Below, piece by piece: positions 1 through 14,658 of a DNA stretch of 64,000 nucleotides. The notes under the pieces were generated by a model, which was given only the letters and a program-made list of their open reading frames with translations, was not told the origin of the DNA and did not search any database. The position numbers and the translations under genes are program-made. How positions within the stretch are numbered: position 1 is the first letter of the stretch; each line of letters begins with the position of its first letter. Source of the stretch: Eledone cirrhosa (lineage: Eukaryota); contig OZ024742.1 in assembly GCA_964016885.1 (NCBI GenBank), positions 352,408,001 through 352,472,000 of the forward strand, in the 5' to 3' direction.

Positions 1-455
1 GGATAGTGCAGTTTTAAATCAACATATGAAAAGTAGTTTTAGATTGATGTGTGATATTGGGGAAAACATTTTTTTCTTTTTTTGAGGGGGGGGGGGATGA
101 AAAAGAGGAGGAGATGAGAGTAAAAAGTGGAGGGGGAGGAGTATAATGAGGAAGGATGAGATAGAAGGAGAGATGTGTGATAGAGAGAGAGATAGCTTTT
201 ATAACTGAGAAAAATATATTGTTTTACATAGAGAGGTTGAAAAACCGTTGGAAGATAATGTATAAATTAAAAGAATTTGAAAATTAACGAAGAGAAAAAT
301 AATGTAAACTTATGGTTTGTATATTGAAGGGTTTAATAATATGTGCGATGAAAAGAAATTGTTAATATGTATTAAGAATAATATTTAAGGGTTTAATAAT
401 ATGTGCGATGGAAAGAAAATGTTAATATGTATTACGAATAATATTTAAGGGTTTA

Positions 456-1712
456 AATCTCTTTAACCAACATAACCTAAAAATTGAATTTGATAACAGC
501 ATCAAACTAGCTAATTTCTTGGATGTATCTCTTAATCTTGACACTGGCCTATATTACCCTTACCATAAAAACAATGAGAACCTAAATTATGTTAATTTTA
601 AATCTAACCACCCTACTAATATTAAGAATGCTATAGTTAGTAATATTAGAAAAAGAATATCTAACCTATCTTCTAATAAAAACATCTTTGATGCTAACGC
701 CAATTACTATAATAACACGCTTTCTAAAGCCGGCTATCCTGATAAAATCAAGTATAATAAAGCAACAAATTCTGGAAGATCTTACAGTAGAATAATTAAT
801 CATGATCATTCCAATAACTTTAATAAAATACCTAGATACAAAAACATAATCTGGTATAATGCTCCTTTCTCCATCTCTATTAATAATAATATTCCTAAAT
901 TATTCTTTAGTGCCTTAAATAAATGCTTCCCTCCCTCACATATCTATAGTAAAATATTTAACAAACACACTATAACATTTTCCTATTCGACATCCTCCAA
1001 CATTTCCAACATTATCTCTAAACACAACAATAAAATACTAAATACTAAATCTCTTCCTTCCAACACTGAATATCATAATAATAGTAATAGTACTCCCGAC
1101 GTCATTGTAAACTCTAGGCTAATTTCTGCAAACCCAAATACAACGTCAAACACAACTTCGCTAAATGTTCTTAATCCCATTCTAAATGAAGAATCTATTA
1201 TTCCTATCGCAAATAACTTCTCCAATCCAATTCCTTCTATAGATAACACTAGGTCACTCGTTAATAATCTCTCTAATCGCAATTGCAATTGCCCTGCTGA
1301 AAATAAATGTCCTCTCAACAACCATTGTCTTGATAAAAACTTAATCTACGAATGTAAAGTTATAACTGACACCAATTACTTCACCTATTTTGGCTCCACT
1401 TCCACCTCCTTTAAAGCTCGTCTTTATAATCATCATTCGTCTTTTAAATACCAACTTAAAAGAACCAACACGGCTCTCTCAGAACTCATATGGTCCTTGA
1501 AAGACAAAAATATTAAATATAACATCTCTTGGAAAAACGTTTCTTCTGCTTCTACATACTTGAACAGTTCTCTATCCAAGACTTGCAATCTCTGTCTAAA
1601 TGAAAAATTTACCATTTTATCTAATTTAGATTCTATAATAAATAGACGCACTGGCTTGTTTTCTCTCTGCTTGCATAAATTCCACAGAACATTCCATAAA
1701 GTGTACAGCTAA
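456..1712 (+). CDS. C-terminal part of PLE polyprotein (RT thumb, Cys-rich linker, GIY-YIG endonuclease); 5'-truncated
   Basis: NFLDVSLNL, SNHP, IIWYNAPF, CNC-CPL-CL, IYECKV...YFGSTSTSFKARLYNH, CNLCLNEK motifs in ORF 519..1712; frame is open from ~456. Confidence 0.9.
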   Translation, partial: NLFNQHNLKIEFDNSIKLANFLDVSLNLDTGLYYPYHKNNENLNYVNFKSNHPTNIKNAIVSNIRKRISNLSSNKNIFDANANYYNNTLSKAGYPDKIKYNKATNSGRSYSRIINHDHSNNFNKIPRYKNIIWYNAPFSISINNNIPKLFFSALNKCFPPSHIYSKIFNKHTITFSYSTSSNISNIISKHNNKILNTKSLPSNTEYHNNSNSTPDVIVNSRLISANPNTTSNTTSLNVLNPILNEESIIPIANNFSNPIPSIDNTRSLVNNLSNRNCNCPAENKCPLNNHCLDKNLIYECKVITDTNYFTYFGSTSTSFKARLYNHHSSFKYQLKRTNTALSELIWSLKDKNIKYNISWKNVSSASTYLNSSLSKTCNLCLNEKFTILSNLDSIINRRTGLFSLCLHKFHRTFHKVYS

Positions 1713-2611
1713 TATCCTGAACTTTATCAATTCAGAATCCCTTTCTCAAAGGCACACACATATATATATATATACGTCTTTAAAAATATACCCATTTTTC
1801 TACCTTATTTCAAAGTTATTTATTATACATTATATAATACTTATTACTCATTCTATATCACTCCTATTTATCACTTCCCTTTCTTCCTTCTCCTTATCTT
1901 TTCTTTTTCTTTTAATTTCTAACCCCTAATCTGTACCTTTTCTCACTGTGCCTGACATAGAAACAATTATTACACAATACAATATATTCTTACTTTATAT
2001 CACCTTGAAAAAAATCCTTCGTAAACATAAACATTTATTTTTTACGTTAGATTATTCATCCTCTATTCATTATTTTTTTCTCACTTTCATCTAACTTATT
2101 GATGCTCATCTCACAATATATCCTTACTTACATTACTTTTGTTTTTTTTAATAATACATATCAACAATTTCTTTCCATCGCACATATTATTAAACCCTTA
2201 AATATTATTCTTAATACATATTAACAATTTCTTTTCATCGCACATATTACTAAACCCTTCAATATACAAACCTTAACTTTACATTATTTTTCTCTTCGTT
2301 AATTTTCAAATTCTTTTAATTTATACATTATCTTCCAACGGTTTTTCAACCTCTCTATGTAAAACAATATATTTTTCTCAGTTATAAAAGCTATCTCTCT
2401 CTCTCTATCACCCATCTCTCCTCCTATCTCATCCTTCCTCATTATACTCCTCCCCCTCCACTTTTTACTCTCATCTCCTCTTTTTCATCCTTCCTCCCCC
2501 CCTAAACCAATGTTTTCCCCAATATCACACGTCAGTCTAAAACTACTTTTCATATGTTGATTTAAAACTGCACTATTCACAAGTGTTTTTAACCTTCATA
2601 TCATGTCTTCC

Positions 2612-2682
2612 TATTTTATCTGATGAAAACACAAATGTTATTGCATGATGATATTTGTTTTTGAAATGCGCATAATAAAATA
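2612..2682 (+). ncRNA. Type I hammerhead ribozyme in PLE1 pLTR
   Basis: tattttat-CTGATGA-stem II-GAAA-tgcgca-TA-ataaaata; palindromic stem III. Confidence 0.85.
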
Positions 2683-2711
2683 CATAGAGCGCTTTTAACC
2701 ATCATTTGATC

Positions 2712-3035
<324 letters not shown>

Positions 3036-3206
3036 TAATGTATTTGACTGCTATTTCTTGTAAATAAACATTCACTTACATCCTGACGTCACTAGCCCCG
3101 TTTTTCCCCATGTGCTTTTTCATAACTACACATGTTGGCGAACTATCCAGTTTTAGAATTCTATTTTTCGGATTATAATACTGTGAGAGCCCTGGTTTTC
3201 GGCTGA

Positions 3207-3286
3207 GCTCTGCTGATGAATGAAATCCAACGTGACCATCTCCACTGAAAGTTTTCATGAAATAGTATTTTAAGACTATACAGAGC
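3207..3286 (+). ncRNA. Type I hammerhead ribozyme
   Basis: gctctg-CTGATGA-atgaaa..tttcat-GAAA-tagt(attttaag)acta-TA-cagagc; all three stems pair. Confidence 0.85.
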
Positions 3287-3539
3287 ATTTGATGTTATTC
3301 CAAATTGAAGGAATAGTGTTTTGAACTTTATTTTATCATGAGTTAAAGGTCTATTGATTTTTCCCTGGATTGCACTAAATTCTGTGGATGAATTTGTATC
3401 CTGATTCTCTTTTGAGATGAGTTTAAATTATTTTTCCTAAATCTTACGTTAACTACTTTTCCCATCTTGACGTTATAGTCGCATATATGTTATAGAATGC
3501 GGTTAGCTTCTCGCTAAAACAATCTCTATACCTCTCATT

Positions 3540-3649
<110 letters not shown>

Positions 3650-4222
3650 AGTGAGTGTGTATGATGTTCATACTATACATAATATTAAATGACAAGTTTA
3701 TCCCGCTTACAATTACATTCAGAATAATTACATATAATAACAAAAGAGAACATTTGCCTTTATATCAGCTATTAAATGTTGTATTCAATACTTTTTTCAT
3801 AGTATAACAGTTAATAATGTCTTCTTTAACAACGCTGTAGTGTAGATATAGAAACGTATGCGGAATGAATGATACGATATTGTTTAATTTAAATTGTTTT
3901 ATATTCTGAGTTCATATCCAGCCGTTGTTAATCAGATTTGGGACAGATTTTTTATCATAAAAGCAAAGAATGAACATTCAATTTATTGTAACGTTCCTTA
4001 CCTTACAACACCTTGCTAATTGTTCCATCAAATGCTCTATATTCAACATATAAAATTTCTGGATTTGGTCAAGCTAAATTATACAAATATATAAAAAAAT
4101 GAAAAAACGGCTATTATATTTGATTATATTAGATTTCTTTCTTCAATGTATTGGCGTTTGTTTAGAATATGTTTGCGCATCCCTTGGTATCTTTATGTTT
4201 GTTTATTTAAAACAGCTACCGT

Positions 4223-4341
4223 ATAACACCACATGTCAATACAATATCATAACACCACATGTCAATACAATATCATAACACCACATGTCAATACAATATC
4301 ATAACACCACATGTCAATACAATATCATAACACCACATGTC
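4223..4341. repeat. 26-bp minisatellite, ~4.5 copies
   Basis: ataacaccacatgtcaatacaatatc repeated in tandem. Confidence 0.95.
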
Positions 4342-6049
4342 GTACTCCCGCATGTCAAGAGAAGTATTTTGCAATTTTCTAACGAAATTTATATCGACTC
4401 CATAAAAAACATTTAAATATGAACAAATATTACGTGCATATTATAACCAAGTGGTGTTGGCAATTTATAGTATCTGTCAGTTAACCAGAAACCAAGAATG
4501 GTTACAAGTATTCAATAGAGAAATATTACGGCTTTCATTTCTGGACAAACACCTATTAGATACAACATACCGTTTCTATATATTCCTATTCATCGTCAGA
4601 TGATGCGCAGGAGTAACAGATATTTCTTGGTATTGTATCAACTATATTCGTATTAGGCTGTGTCTGGAAACCGTTACTCTGATGTTTAAGCCACACAGAA
4701 AGAGGAAGGCTATTCTTAAACGAACATAGCAGAAACAATTCATAGAAGTTTACCCTGGGCAATTTTCTTCTTTTCATTTGTTTGTTCTGTTGAAAGACAA
4801 ACAGCAGGCGTGTTCTTCATAGGCCATAGTTTGCTACATAACGATTCCAATACATATACTCTAAAAATGTATATATTCACACACAATCTAACATTGCATT
4901 GATTCAAGATATTTTCACATATATGTTTAATTTCAACATGCATAAAGTGATTTCTTCGTAGCATATCGACACTAAAAATGCTCAGATTTTATTGGAGCAT
5001 ATCTGTGTTGGATGATTTATTGTTTTTGTAAAGCAGTAGATTTATATATTCGGACATCTCAATTCTTAAATAAAATATGTAATAATATATGGCATATGTT
5101 GTATATTACATAACTATTTCTATTATTTATATTAGCTTGTCTAAAAATTCTCCTTCTGTTCAATTTCAAATAACATTTTGACAACACGGAATATTATTAT
5201 TTATTCGGAGACTTGAAAAATTAATCATTTTATAATGCAAAAATGTGTGATCAAAAATTATATTCTTTCAAGAGAGTACAATGTGAACATTTTCTCAAAC
5301 GATCTACATTTCCACTGGCTTTCCATTTCTCAGCATGTAGTATTTACAGGAAACTTTGTTTTATAAAATGTACTAAAATTCACAATCTAACACAATGCAA
5401 TGATTTTCAAAGTCATAATTTTACTTCAATTCAATAAATGAAACGCATATCTTCCTTTCGAACACCTATGTAAAGTATGTATCTATAGATTCACAATATA
5501 ACTTAAAATAATGAAACAGAAAAGGAATACAGAAATATATTTCTGCTTTTCATTTTCCGGCATATTTGCAGCACCAGATGCCCTTCTGCTAAGCGGAAAT
5601 ACATATCAATTTAAAACTCTCTCAACACCTACCTTAGTGACATCAATGCACGCATTATGTGGATCATATAGTTTTCATACACCATTTATGGTACGTTAGA
5701 TATTTAAGCTTTGGTCATTATGCGCAGTTTAAATTCATAGTACAAGGAATGTACACAAGCCTGACAAAACATTGTCACACTAAATACTGTCACTCCATTC
5801 TATCTTAACCAATCTTAAAGCTAATTCTCTGAGAAATTATGGATACGTCCATCTACTGCATAAGTCAGCTACACTACAATGCACACATATACAAATCTAC
5901 CCTACGTACTTAAATATTACAATTTAAAATACTGTGATTGACGTATGAGAGAAACAGGGACTCTATAACGAAGTAGATTTTAAATAAAATCAATATTAAA
6001 AGTATACTTCAGTATTGAGTACACTTTTCACACAGTCATCAATCACATG

Positions 6050-6103
<54 letters not shown>

Positions 6104-6427
6104 TATCATTTTCCGTAGAAAAGTTAAAGGAGAGAAGAGTGCTCTATGTAGTACGGGGCTATTTAATTACATAATAAACAACAGCGGCATCCGATGATGT
6201 TCAGCAGTTATTCTTTTCGCTAGTGTTTTCGATGCTCAGAGAGTGGGATTGGTCGACTGCAAGGCCTTTTCCCACTTAAAAAAACATTCAAAGAACAGAA
6301 AATGCTTGTTCAGGATCTGTTACAGATATGAGTGGCTGGCCGTAGCTTAAAAGTGCACCATTTTCTGTAATCTTATAAGCGATTGCAATATTCTTAGGAG
6401 AGTTTGCAGGAATCATATATATATATT

Positions 6428-6466
<39 letters not shown>

Positions 6467-6569
6467 CATGGGGAGAAAGAGGAAAACTGCGTGGTTGCAC
6501 ATGGGTTATATATGTATGTATGTATACATATATATATATATGTATATATATATGAATGTATATATATAT

Positions 6570-6645
<76 letters not shown>

Positions 6646-6750
6646 ATATATATATATGAATGTATATATATATATATATATATGAATCTATATATATATA
6701 TATAAATGTATATATATATATATATGAATGTATATATATATATATGAATG

Positions 6751-6783
<33 letters not shown>

Positions 6784-6794
6784 GAATGTATATA

Positions 6795-6881
<87 letters not shown>

Positions 6882-6882
6882 T

Positions 6883-6969
<87 letters not shown>

Positions 6970-7030
6970 ATATATATGTATGTATGTATGTATATATATA
7001 TATATGTATGTATGTATGTATGTATATATA

Positions 7031-7065
<35 letters not shown>

Positions 7066-7195
7066 ATGTATGTATATATATATATATAGCGACAGAGAGA
7101 TATTGAGTATATGTTGGATGTATACCAACACTAGTATGCAGGCTGAAGCACTCGACGGTGTGCGCAGATTGGTTTGGTTACTCCGGAGTAACGTA

Positions 7196-7504
7196 AAATA
7201 AAGTTAAATAAAAAGTTAAATGTTTAAAATTTAGCTTCGTTTATTACTGCTATGAGATGATATGATATTATTACTGCTATGATATGATTCCAGTTCCTCA
7301 GTGAAATAACAACACAACCATGAACTGGGCATATCAGAGTATTGACAAAATTATACACCTCAACAACATATGTACTTGTCTATACCACACTAATTCGGAC
7401 TGCCTGAAGAGGTCACAGCCAAAGATGGCTGTCACTGAAATATATATAGCAGTAATAAACGAAGATAAATTTTAAACATTTGACTTTTTATTTAACTTTA
7501 TTTA
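7196..7504 (+). mobile_element. Short non-coding hammerhead element with ~55-bp inverted ends
   Basis: 7196-7253 is the reverse complement of ~7447-7504; lies between (TA)n tracts. Confidence 0.7.
7399..7453 (+). ncRNA. Type I hammerhead ribozyme
   Basis: actgc-CTGAAGA-ggtcacagcc..ggctgtcact-GAAA-tatata-TA-gcagt. Confidence 0.85.
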
Positions 7505-8030
7505 ATATATATTATATATATATACATATATATATGAATGACGTAAAATAAGAAAATTATAAAAATTAACTTACTAAAATGTCACTCCAACTAATTAGTT
7601 TCTGAAAGGGAATAAACATGGTTTCCAAATAAAAAGCATGGAGAAGACGTTTCGTCATCAGGAAGTATGTTCTCAGCTAAGATACCTGGCGATGTGTGGT
7701 CACAGGGAACTTATACAAGAATAATTCAGTGGATGTAAAAAAGCAAGCGTGGACTAAATTTCAAGACATTGAAAAAATCACTGCCTACTTGGTCGGTGCC
7801 ATATTCAAAAGAATCAAACACGTGACATCGAGGTTAATCGATGAGGAGTGGGGTGTTAAAAAGACAGTAGCCAAGACATTACTATGAAATATAGTAGCAG
7901 ATTTGGCACATTTTTGCTCAACAAAATAATTTGGAGGGAATTAAAATGAATTAGTATATCTACCAACATATATAGACAGATGCATTGTCTTAGTATCTTA
8001 GGGGTTCAATGCAAGGAAATGCAGAAAAAT

Positions 8031-8148
<118 letters not shown>

Positions 8149-8172
8149 AATATATATATATATATATATATG

Positions 8173-8241
<69 letters not shown>

Positions 8242-8364
8242 GTTTACATATATATATATGTATATATATATATATAAAGGTTTACATATATATATGTATA
8301 TGTATGTATATATATATATATATATATATACGGGTTTACATATATATATATATATATATGTATG

Positions 8365-8481
<117 letters not shown>

Positions 8482-8493
8482 TATATATATATA

Positions 8494-9938
8494 TTAGAAT
8501 GATCGAGTATCGAAAAATCGGCGCACGAGTTCACGATTAACAAAATTCCATATGAGCGGGAGAGTGCTCGCTGATTTAGATAAATCAGAGCTATAACTAT
8601 CGTTAAAATACCGTCACACATAGAACAAGTCTATAATCAACCGCACGATCGAAAAAAATCGATAACGGAAGATTCGGGACACTCAGATAAAAAATATCAA
8701 TAAATTAATAATTTAAATGAATGTAAAATCATACCCGGACCCACTAGAAAAGGTGTTAAATCTAGCTTCTTGGGTTTCTGTAAATACATAAACTGTACTC
8801 TATCAGCTCACATATAAATATATAAGACTTCTAGAATTCAGGGGACAGGAAATTTACTTCTTCAACGAGCTTCGTCCGAACGGATAAGATGGCTTAACCC
8901 AGGCTAAATACGCACATGGAATTCGGCAAGGGAGATAACCTCTACATCCGCGAAAACTATTCGAGAAAATGTGGAAATACACATATCGAATAAAAGTGCT
9001 CAATAGACATGTTAAAATAAAACAGGAGCTATTCATCACTCAATAGAATCGACAAAAAATGAGCAATAAAATTAACTGGTGGATAGCTATGTCCAGAGCT
9101 AAATATATTAGAATGATCGAGTATCGAAAAATCGGCGCACGAGTTCACGATAAACAAAATTCGATATGAGCGGCAGAGTGCTCGCTGATTTAGATAAATC
9201 AGAGCTATAACTATCGTTAAAATACCGTCACACATAGAACAAGTCTATAATCAACCGCACGATCGAAAAAATCGATAACGGAAGATTCGGGACACTCAGA
9301 TAAAAAATATCAATAAATTAATAATTTAAATGAATGTAAAATCATACCCGGACCCACTAGAAAGATGTTAAATCTAGCTTCTTGGGTTTCTGTAAATACA
9401 TAAACTGTACTCTATCAGCTCACATATAAATATATAAGACTTCTAGAATTCAGGGGACAGGAAATTTACTTCTTCAACGAGCTTCGTCCGAACGGATAAG
9501 ATGGCTTAACCCAGGCTAAATACGCACATGGAATTCGGCAAGGAGATACCCTCTACATCCGCGAAAACTATTCGAGAAAATGTGGAAATACACATATCGA
9601 ATAAAAGTGCTCAATAGACATGTTAAAATAAAACAGGAGCTATTCATCCCTCAATAGAATCGACAAAAAATGAGCAATAAAATTAACTGGTGGATAGCTA
9701 TGTCCAGAGCTAAATATATTAGAATGATCGAGTATCGAAAAATCGGCGCACGAGTTCACGATAAACAAAATTCGATATGAGCGGCAGAGTGCTCGCTGAT
9801 TTAGATAAATCAGAGCTATAACTATCGTTAACATACCGTCACACATAGAACAAGTCTATAATCAACCGCACGATCGAAAAAATCGATAACGGAAGGTTCG
9901 GGACACTCAGATAAAAAATATCAATAAATTAATAATTT
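8494..9938. repeat. Tandem array of ~612-bp non-coding unit (family A), ~2.4 copies
   Basis: ttagaatgatcgagtatcg restarts at 8494, 9108 and 9719; flanked by (TA)n. Confidence 0.95.
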
Positions 9939-9957
9939 AATATATATATATGTAAAG

Positions 9958-10012
<55 letters not shown>

Positions 10013-10020
10013 TATATAAA

Positions 10021-10175
<155 letters not shown>

Positions 10176-10244
10176 ATGTGTGTGTGTATTGCAACGGGTC
10201 ACTTTGTGCCTCAATGAAGAGTTAATAAATTAAGTAATCAGAGA

Positions 10245-10836
10245 TATATATCATAAAACATTTCTATAGAATCACCAGATAAAATATATACCATTTCCTC
10301 TCCCAATTAGCATAATTAACCATATAAAAAATCGATTAAACCAAGGTATAAGAATAAAGGCTTCTATGAAGAAATCTCCGTCAATAACCGAAAGCAGCCC
10401 TTCGCGTCGGTTGCGACGGAGTATTTACCGAGTATTTCGACAGCGTGTATAAATTGCTCAGATATATAGTCAACTAAACAGAATTAGGTGTAAAATAAAC
10501 TAGGAGAAAAGTGAACATATTTAGTTATCTCTACCATGGTTTCGTCCGCATATTAAGATATCCGATAACATCGGACATCTAGAGCATCGGACTCTTCAGG
10601 AAGTTAGCTCAAATCTTTCCAAAGTGATCGCGCCAAGAATACATTCAAAAATGGCTAAGAACCGTGACGTAGCAGCGGTCGGATTAGAAAGAATGTGATT
10701 AGTTGCTTACTAAATAAACTAGGAGAAAAGTGAACATATTTAGTTACATCTACCATGGTTTTTTATGTGGTTAATTATGCTAATTGGGACAGGAAATGGT
10801 ATATATTTTATCTGGTGATTCTATAGACATGTTTTA

Positions 10837-10845
<9 letters not shown>
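10245..10845 (-). mobile_element. Short non-coding hammerhead element with ~85-bp inverted ends
   Basis: 10245-10330 inverted versus ~10758-10845; internal direct duplication; related sequence at ~48335-48515. Confidence 0.75.
10528..10603 (-). ncRNA. Type I hammerhead with extended stem II
   Basis: Minus strand: CTGAAGA-gtccg...cggac-GAAA-ccatgg-TA; stem I short/imperfect. Confidence 0.7.
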
Positions 10846-10930
<85 letters not shown>

Positions 10931-10932
<2 letters not shown>

Positions 10933-11495
10933 AGAATTGGATCTCTGAAATAGCAATATATATATGGATGTATATATAATGTATTTTGCAATACACTTTA
11001 TGCTTAATTAAAAGCATTTTGAAGACCGTATTCTATTGCTTTAGAGTGGTGACAAATTCACTTACTTTAATCTCAAGAAACAGGGGAGATAAGCCGACAA
11101 TGGCCTTGTTTCGCTTTTGTTGAAGCTTATCAAGGCTAACTACCCCTCCTGTCTACTGAGATTACTGATGTTATATTCTTATATAATTCTAGTAAATAAT
11201 CAGGAGCTGATTATACAGAGCGATTGTTGGTCAGGTAGAAATAAAAAATTAGAATTGGAGCTCTGAAATAGCAATACATATATGGATGTATATATAATGT
11301 ATTTCACGATACACTTCATGCTTATACATTATATATACATCCATATATATATTGCTATTTTCAGAGCTTCAATCCTAATTTTTAATTTCTGCCTGACCAA
11401 CAATCGCTCTGTATAATCAGCTCCTGATTATTTACTAGAATTCTATAAGAATATAACATCAGTAATCTCAGTAGACAGGAGGGGTAGTTAGCCTT
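10931..11495 (-). mobile_element. Family C non-coding element: ~319-bp unit, partial tandem repeat, then inverted segment
   Basis: ttagaattgg restarts at ~11249; 11324-11495 is inverted; second copy at 19862-20420. Confidence 0.85.
11092..11137 (-). ncRNA. Hammerhead ribozyme, U3-A8 core variant
   Basis: Minus strand: agcc-TTGATAA-gctt(caacaa)aagc-GAAA-caa(ggcca)ttg-TC-ggct. Confidence 0.8.
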
Positions 11496-11510
11496 GTATA
11501 TATATATATA

Positions 11511-11622
<112 letters not shown>

Positions 11623-11671
11623 TATGTATATATAAATATATATATATATATACATATATATGTATGTATAC

Positions 11672-11749
<78 letters not shown>

Positions 11750-11760
11750 ACATAAATATA

Positions 11761-11805
<45 letters not shown>

Positions 11806-12122
11806 ACATAAATTGAAACAAAATGAAAACGAAATTTCATTTCTCACTCTTAGTATGGCACTTACTTAAATGTAAGTATGCATGTATACGTACATACATA
11901 TATGTATACAGACGTACAGTAGCATGCACATATATATATATATATATATATACATATATATATACATATGCATACAGGTACACATACATATATGCACGTA
12001 TCAGTTTAGCGGCGCTTATTATAACGTCGCTTTGTTCGTTTGTAAACAAACTGAACAGCCTGAATTTATGCCATACGGTGTTAAGGCAACCACGTCACCT
12101 TTTTGTTCAACACTGACACAGG

Positions 12123-12167
12123 AACGATGTACTAGTTTCAAGCTTGTTAGCTATCATCAGCACCGTT
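12123..12167 (-). ncRNA. Minimal type I hammerhead (family B)
   Basis: Minus strand: aacggtg-CTGATGA-tagct(aaca)agctt-GAAA-ctag-TA-catcgtt. Confidence 0.88.
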
Positions 12168-12404
12168 TACCCATCTGCCAGATAGTTGAACGTTCGAAAG
12201 TATATACTTTCCTTATGAAAATTAACGGCTGAGCAGCCTAATTTGCATATTGAGTGAGTTAAATCGGTCAGGCATACCGAAAACGATAAATTGAAACAAA
12301 ATGAAAACGAAATTTCATTTCTCACTCTTAGTATGGCACTTACTTAAATGTAAGTATGCATGTATACGTACATACATATATGTATACAGACGTACAGTAG
12401 CATG

Positions 12405-12442
<38 letters not shown>

Positions 12443-12606
12443 TATATACATATGCATACAGGTACACATACATATATGCACGTATCAGTTTAGCGGCGCT
12501 TATTATAACGTCGCTTTGTTCGTTTGTAAACAAACTGAACAGCCTGAATTTATGCCATACGGTGTTAAGGCAACCACGTCACCTTTTTGTTCAACACTGA
12601 CACAGG

Positions 12607-12651
12607 AACGATGTACTAGTTTCAAGCTTGTTAGCTATCATCAGCACCGTT
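12607..12651 (-). ncRNA. Minimal type I hammerhead (family B)
   Basis: Identical motif in the second unit. Confidence 0.88.
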
Positions 12652-13109
12652 TACCCATCTGCCAGATAGTTGAACGTTCGAAAGTATATACTTTCCTTAT
12701 GAAAATTAACGGCTGAGCAGCCTAATTTGCATATTGAGTGAGTTAAATCGGTCAGGCATACCGAAAACGATAAATTGAAACAAAATGAAAACGAAATTTC
12801 ATTTCTCACTCTTAGTATGGCACTTACTTAAATGTAAGTATGCATGTATACGTACATACATATATGTATACAGACGTACAGTAGCATGCACATATATATA
12901 TATATATATATATACATATATATATACATATGCATACAGGTACACATACATATATGCACGTATCAGTTTAGCGGCGCTTATTATAACGTCGCTTTGTTCG
13001 TTTGTAAACAAACTGAACAGCCTGAATTTATGCCATACGGTGTTAAGGCAACCACGTCACCTTTTTGTTCAACACTGACACAGGAACGATGTACTAGTTT
13101 CATACATAA

Positions 13110-13141
<32 letters not shown>

Positions 13142-13163
13142 GTATATATATATATATATGTAT

Positions 13164-13382
13164 AGGCATTGCTTTGTAACTGGAGATCTTTCTGCACTTG
13201 TCGTCACATGGTACCATGGGCCCAGCACTATGTGTCAATAATTGTCACAAGTGTAGTATTTGTACTAGAGTTTTCAATTCACTGGCTGGACTAAAAAGTC
13301 ACACTCGTTCAGCGTATCGGTAGGAGTTCTCTTACATGGATATAAAGTAGTGGCCGTACTCGAAAACCAGTTGGCAGCCACC
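13164..13382 (+). mobile_element. 3' fragment of non-autonomous RTE-derived element
   Basis: Reverse complement of the ends of the 41233, 45024 and 49033 copies; encodes remnant [20 protein letters not shown]. Confidence 0.8.
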
Positions 13383-13385
13383 GTA

Positions 13386-13457
<72 letters not shown>

Positions 13458-13492
13458 TACATATGTGCATGTATATATACATCTATATATAA

Positions 13493-13557
<65 letters not shown>

Positions 13558-13627
13558 TGTATATATACATGTATATATAAGTATATATATATATATATGC
13601 ATGTATATATACATGTATATATAAGTA

Positions 13628-14658
13628 TATGCCCTCTGTGGTGCATGCAACAACATCCCTCACTAGCTATGCTGATGACACTAAGGTAGCACAGGCAATC
13701 AAAAACCCGGCTGACGCTGCCCTCTTACAGCAGGATCTGGATGCCATATACAGATGGGCGGAAGAAAACAACATGCAGTTTAATGCTGGCAAATTCCAAG
13801 CCCTACAATACAAACCTGCAAACACAGACACAAATATAGCGGAACACAGCTACACAGGACCAGGAGGGACCGATATCCCCGTGTCAAAATCGATACGAGA
13901 CCTACCTAGGCATAGACATGAGCGATGATGCATCTTTTTCTTCACACATCATCAAGGTGGCGACAGTATGTAGACGATTCGCTGGCTGGATCTTGAGGAC
14001 TTTCCTTACAAGAGATCGAGACACCATGTTGACACTGTGGAGGACTTTTGTCCTAAGCCGCCTGGACTACTGCTCCCTGCTGTGGTCACCCCATAGTGTC
14101 AAACTAACCACAGAGCTTGAGGCAATCCAGCGAAGCTACACCAAGAGGATTGCCAAGATGAGGGAGACAAGCTACTGGGAGAGGCTGAAGAAACTGAACC
14201 TCTACTCCTTGGAGCGAAGACGGGAGAGATACGCAGTGATCTACATATGGAAAATCCTGGAGGGACTAGTACCAAACTTTGGCATTGGGAGCTGGACCAA
14301 CCGTGGAACCGGACGTCACTGTGTGGTGCCAAAGGTCCCGTCTTCCACATCTAGAATAAGGAGCAGGTATTGCAATAGCCTGGGATTCAGGGGCCCTCAA
14401 CTCTTCAACAGGCTGCCGAGGCATCTGCGAGACTTGCATGACGTGGAGGTGGATGTCTTTAAGAAACATCTCGACACCTTGTTATCCAGGATCCCGGATG
14501 AGCCCACAGCAAGACACGAGGGAAACCTAAGGGCAGCAGCAACAAACTCCCTCCTACACCAGTGGCCAACCTATACAGGCTGGAGATAAAATGTGTAGCA
14601 ACAAGGGCGGTGCCCCAGCATGGCCTCAGCCGGACGGCTGAAACAGGTAAAAGAGAAT
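13628..14658 (+). mobile_element. 5'-truncated CR1-group LINE (RT C-terminus and 3' UTR)
   Basis: YADDTK, WAEENNMQFN, LDYCS.LWSP, LYSLERRRER; near-identical to 25191-26220; one frameshift near 13905. Confidence 0.92.

Larger units (their letters stand above)
1..2700 (+). mobile_element. 5'-truncated Penelope-like element (PLE1) with inverted copy of its 3' region at the left end
   Basis: 1-455 is the reverse complement of ~2130-2578; a coding segment follows from ~456; 3' UTR contains a hammerhead; element ends at (TA)n at ~2712. Confidence 0.9.
11811..13102 (-). mobile_element. Retrozyme-like tandem array, ~480-bp units (family B), one hammerhead per unit
   Basis: Unit restarts at ~11811, 12289 and 12773; third unit breaks off inside the ribozyme. 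Confidence 0.9.

Noticed and set aside
4223-4341. Regular short repeats suggesting a CRISPR array
   Set aside because: No spacers; a plain minisatellite in a eukaryotic context
4756-4860. Possible minus-strand host exon (ttttag...gtaaac) in unique sequence
   Set aside because: No recognisable homology; such splice signals arise easily by chance
7641-7666. Minus-strand ctgatgacgaaacgtc hammerhead-like string
   Set aside because: No stem II, and the flanks do not form stem I
11823-12232. Repeated short ORFs in family B and family A units
   Set aside because: Low complexity, and frames are not conserved between the two arrays of each family
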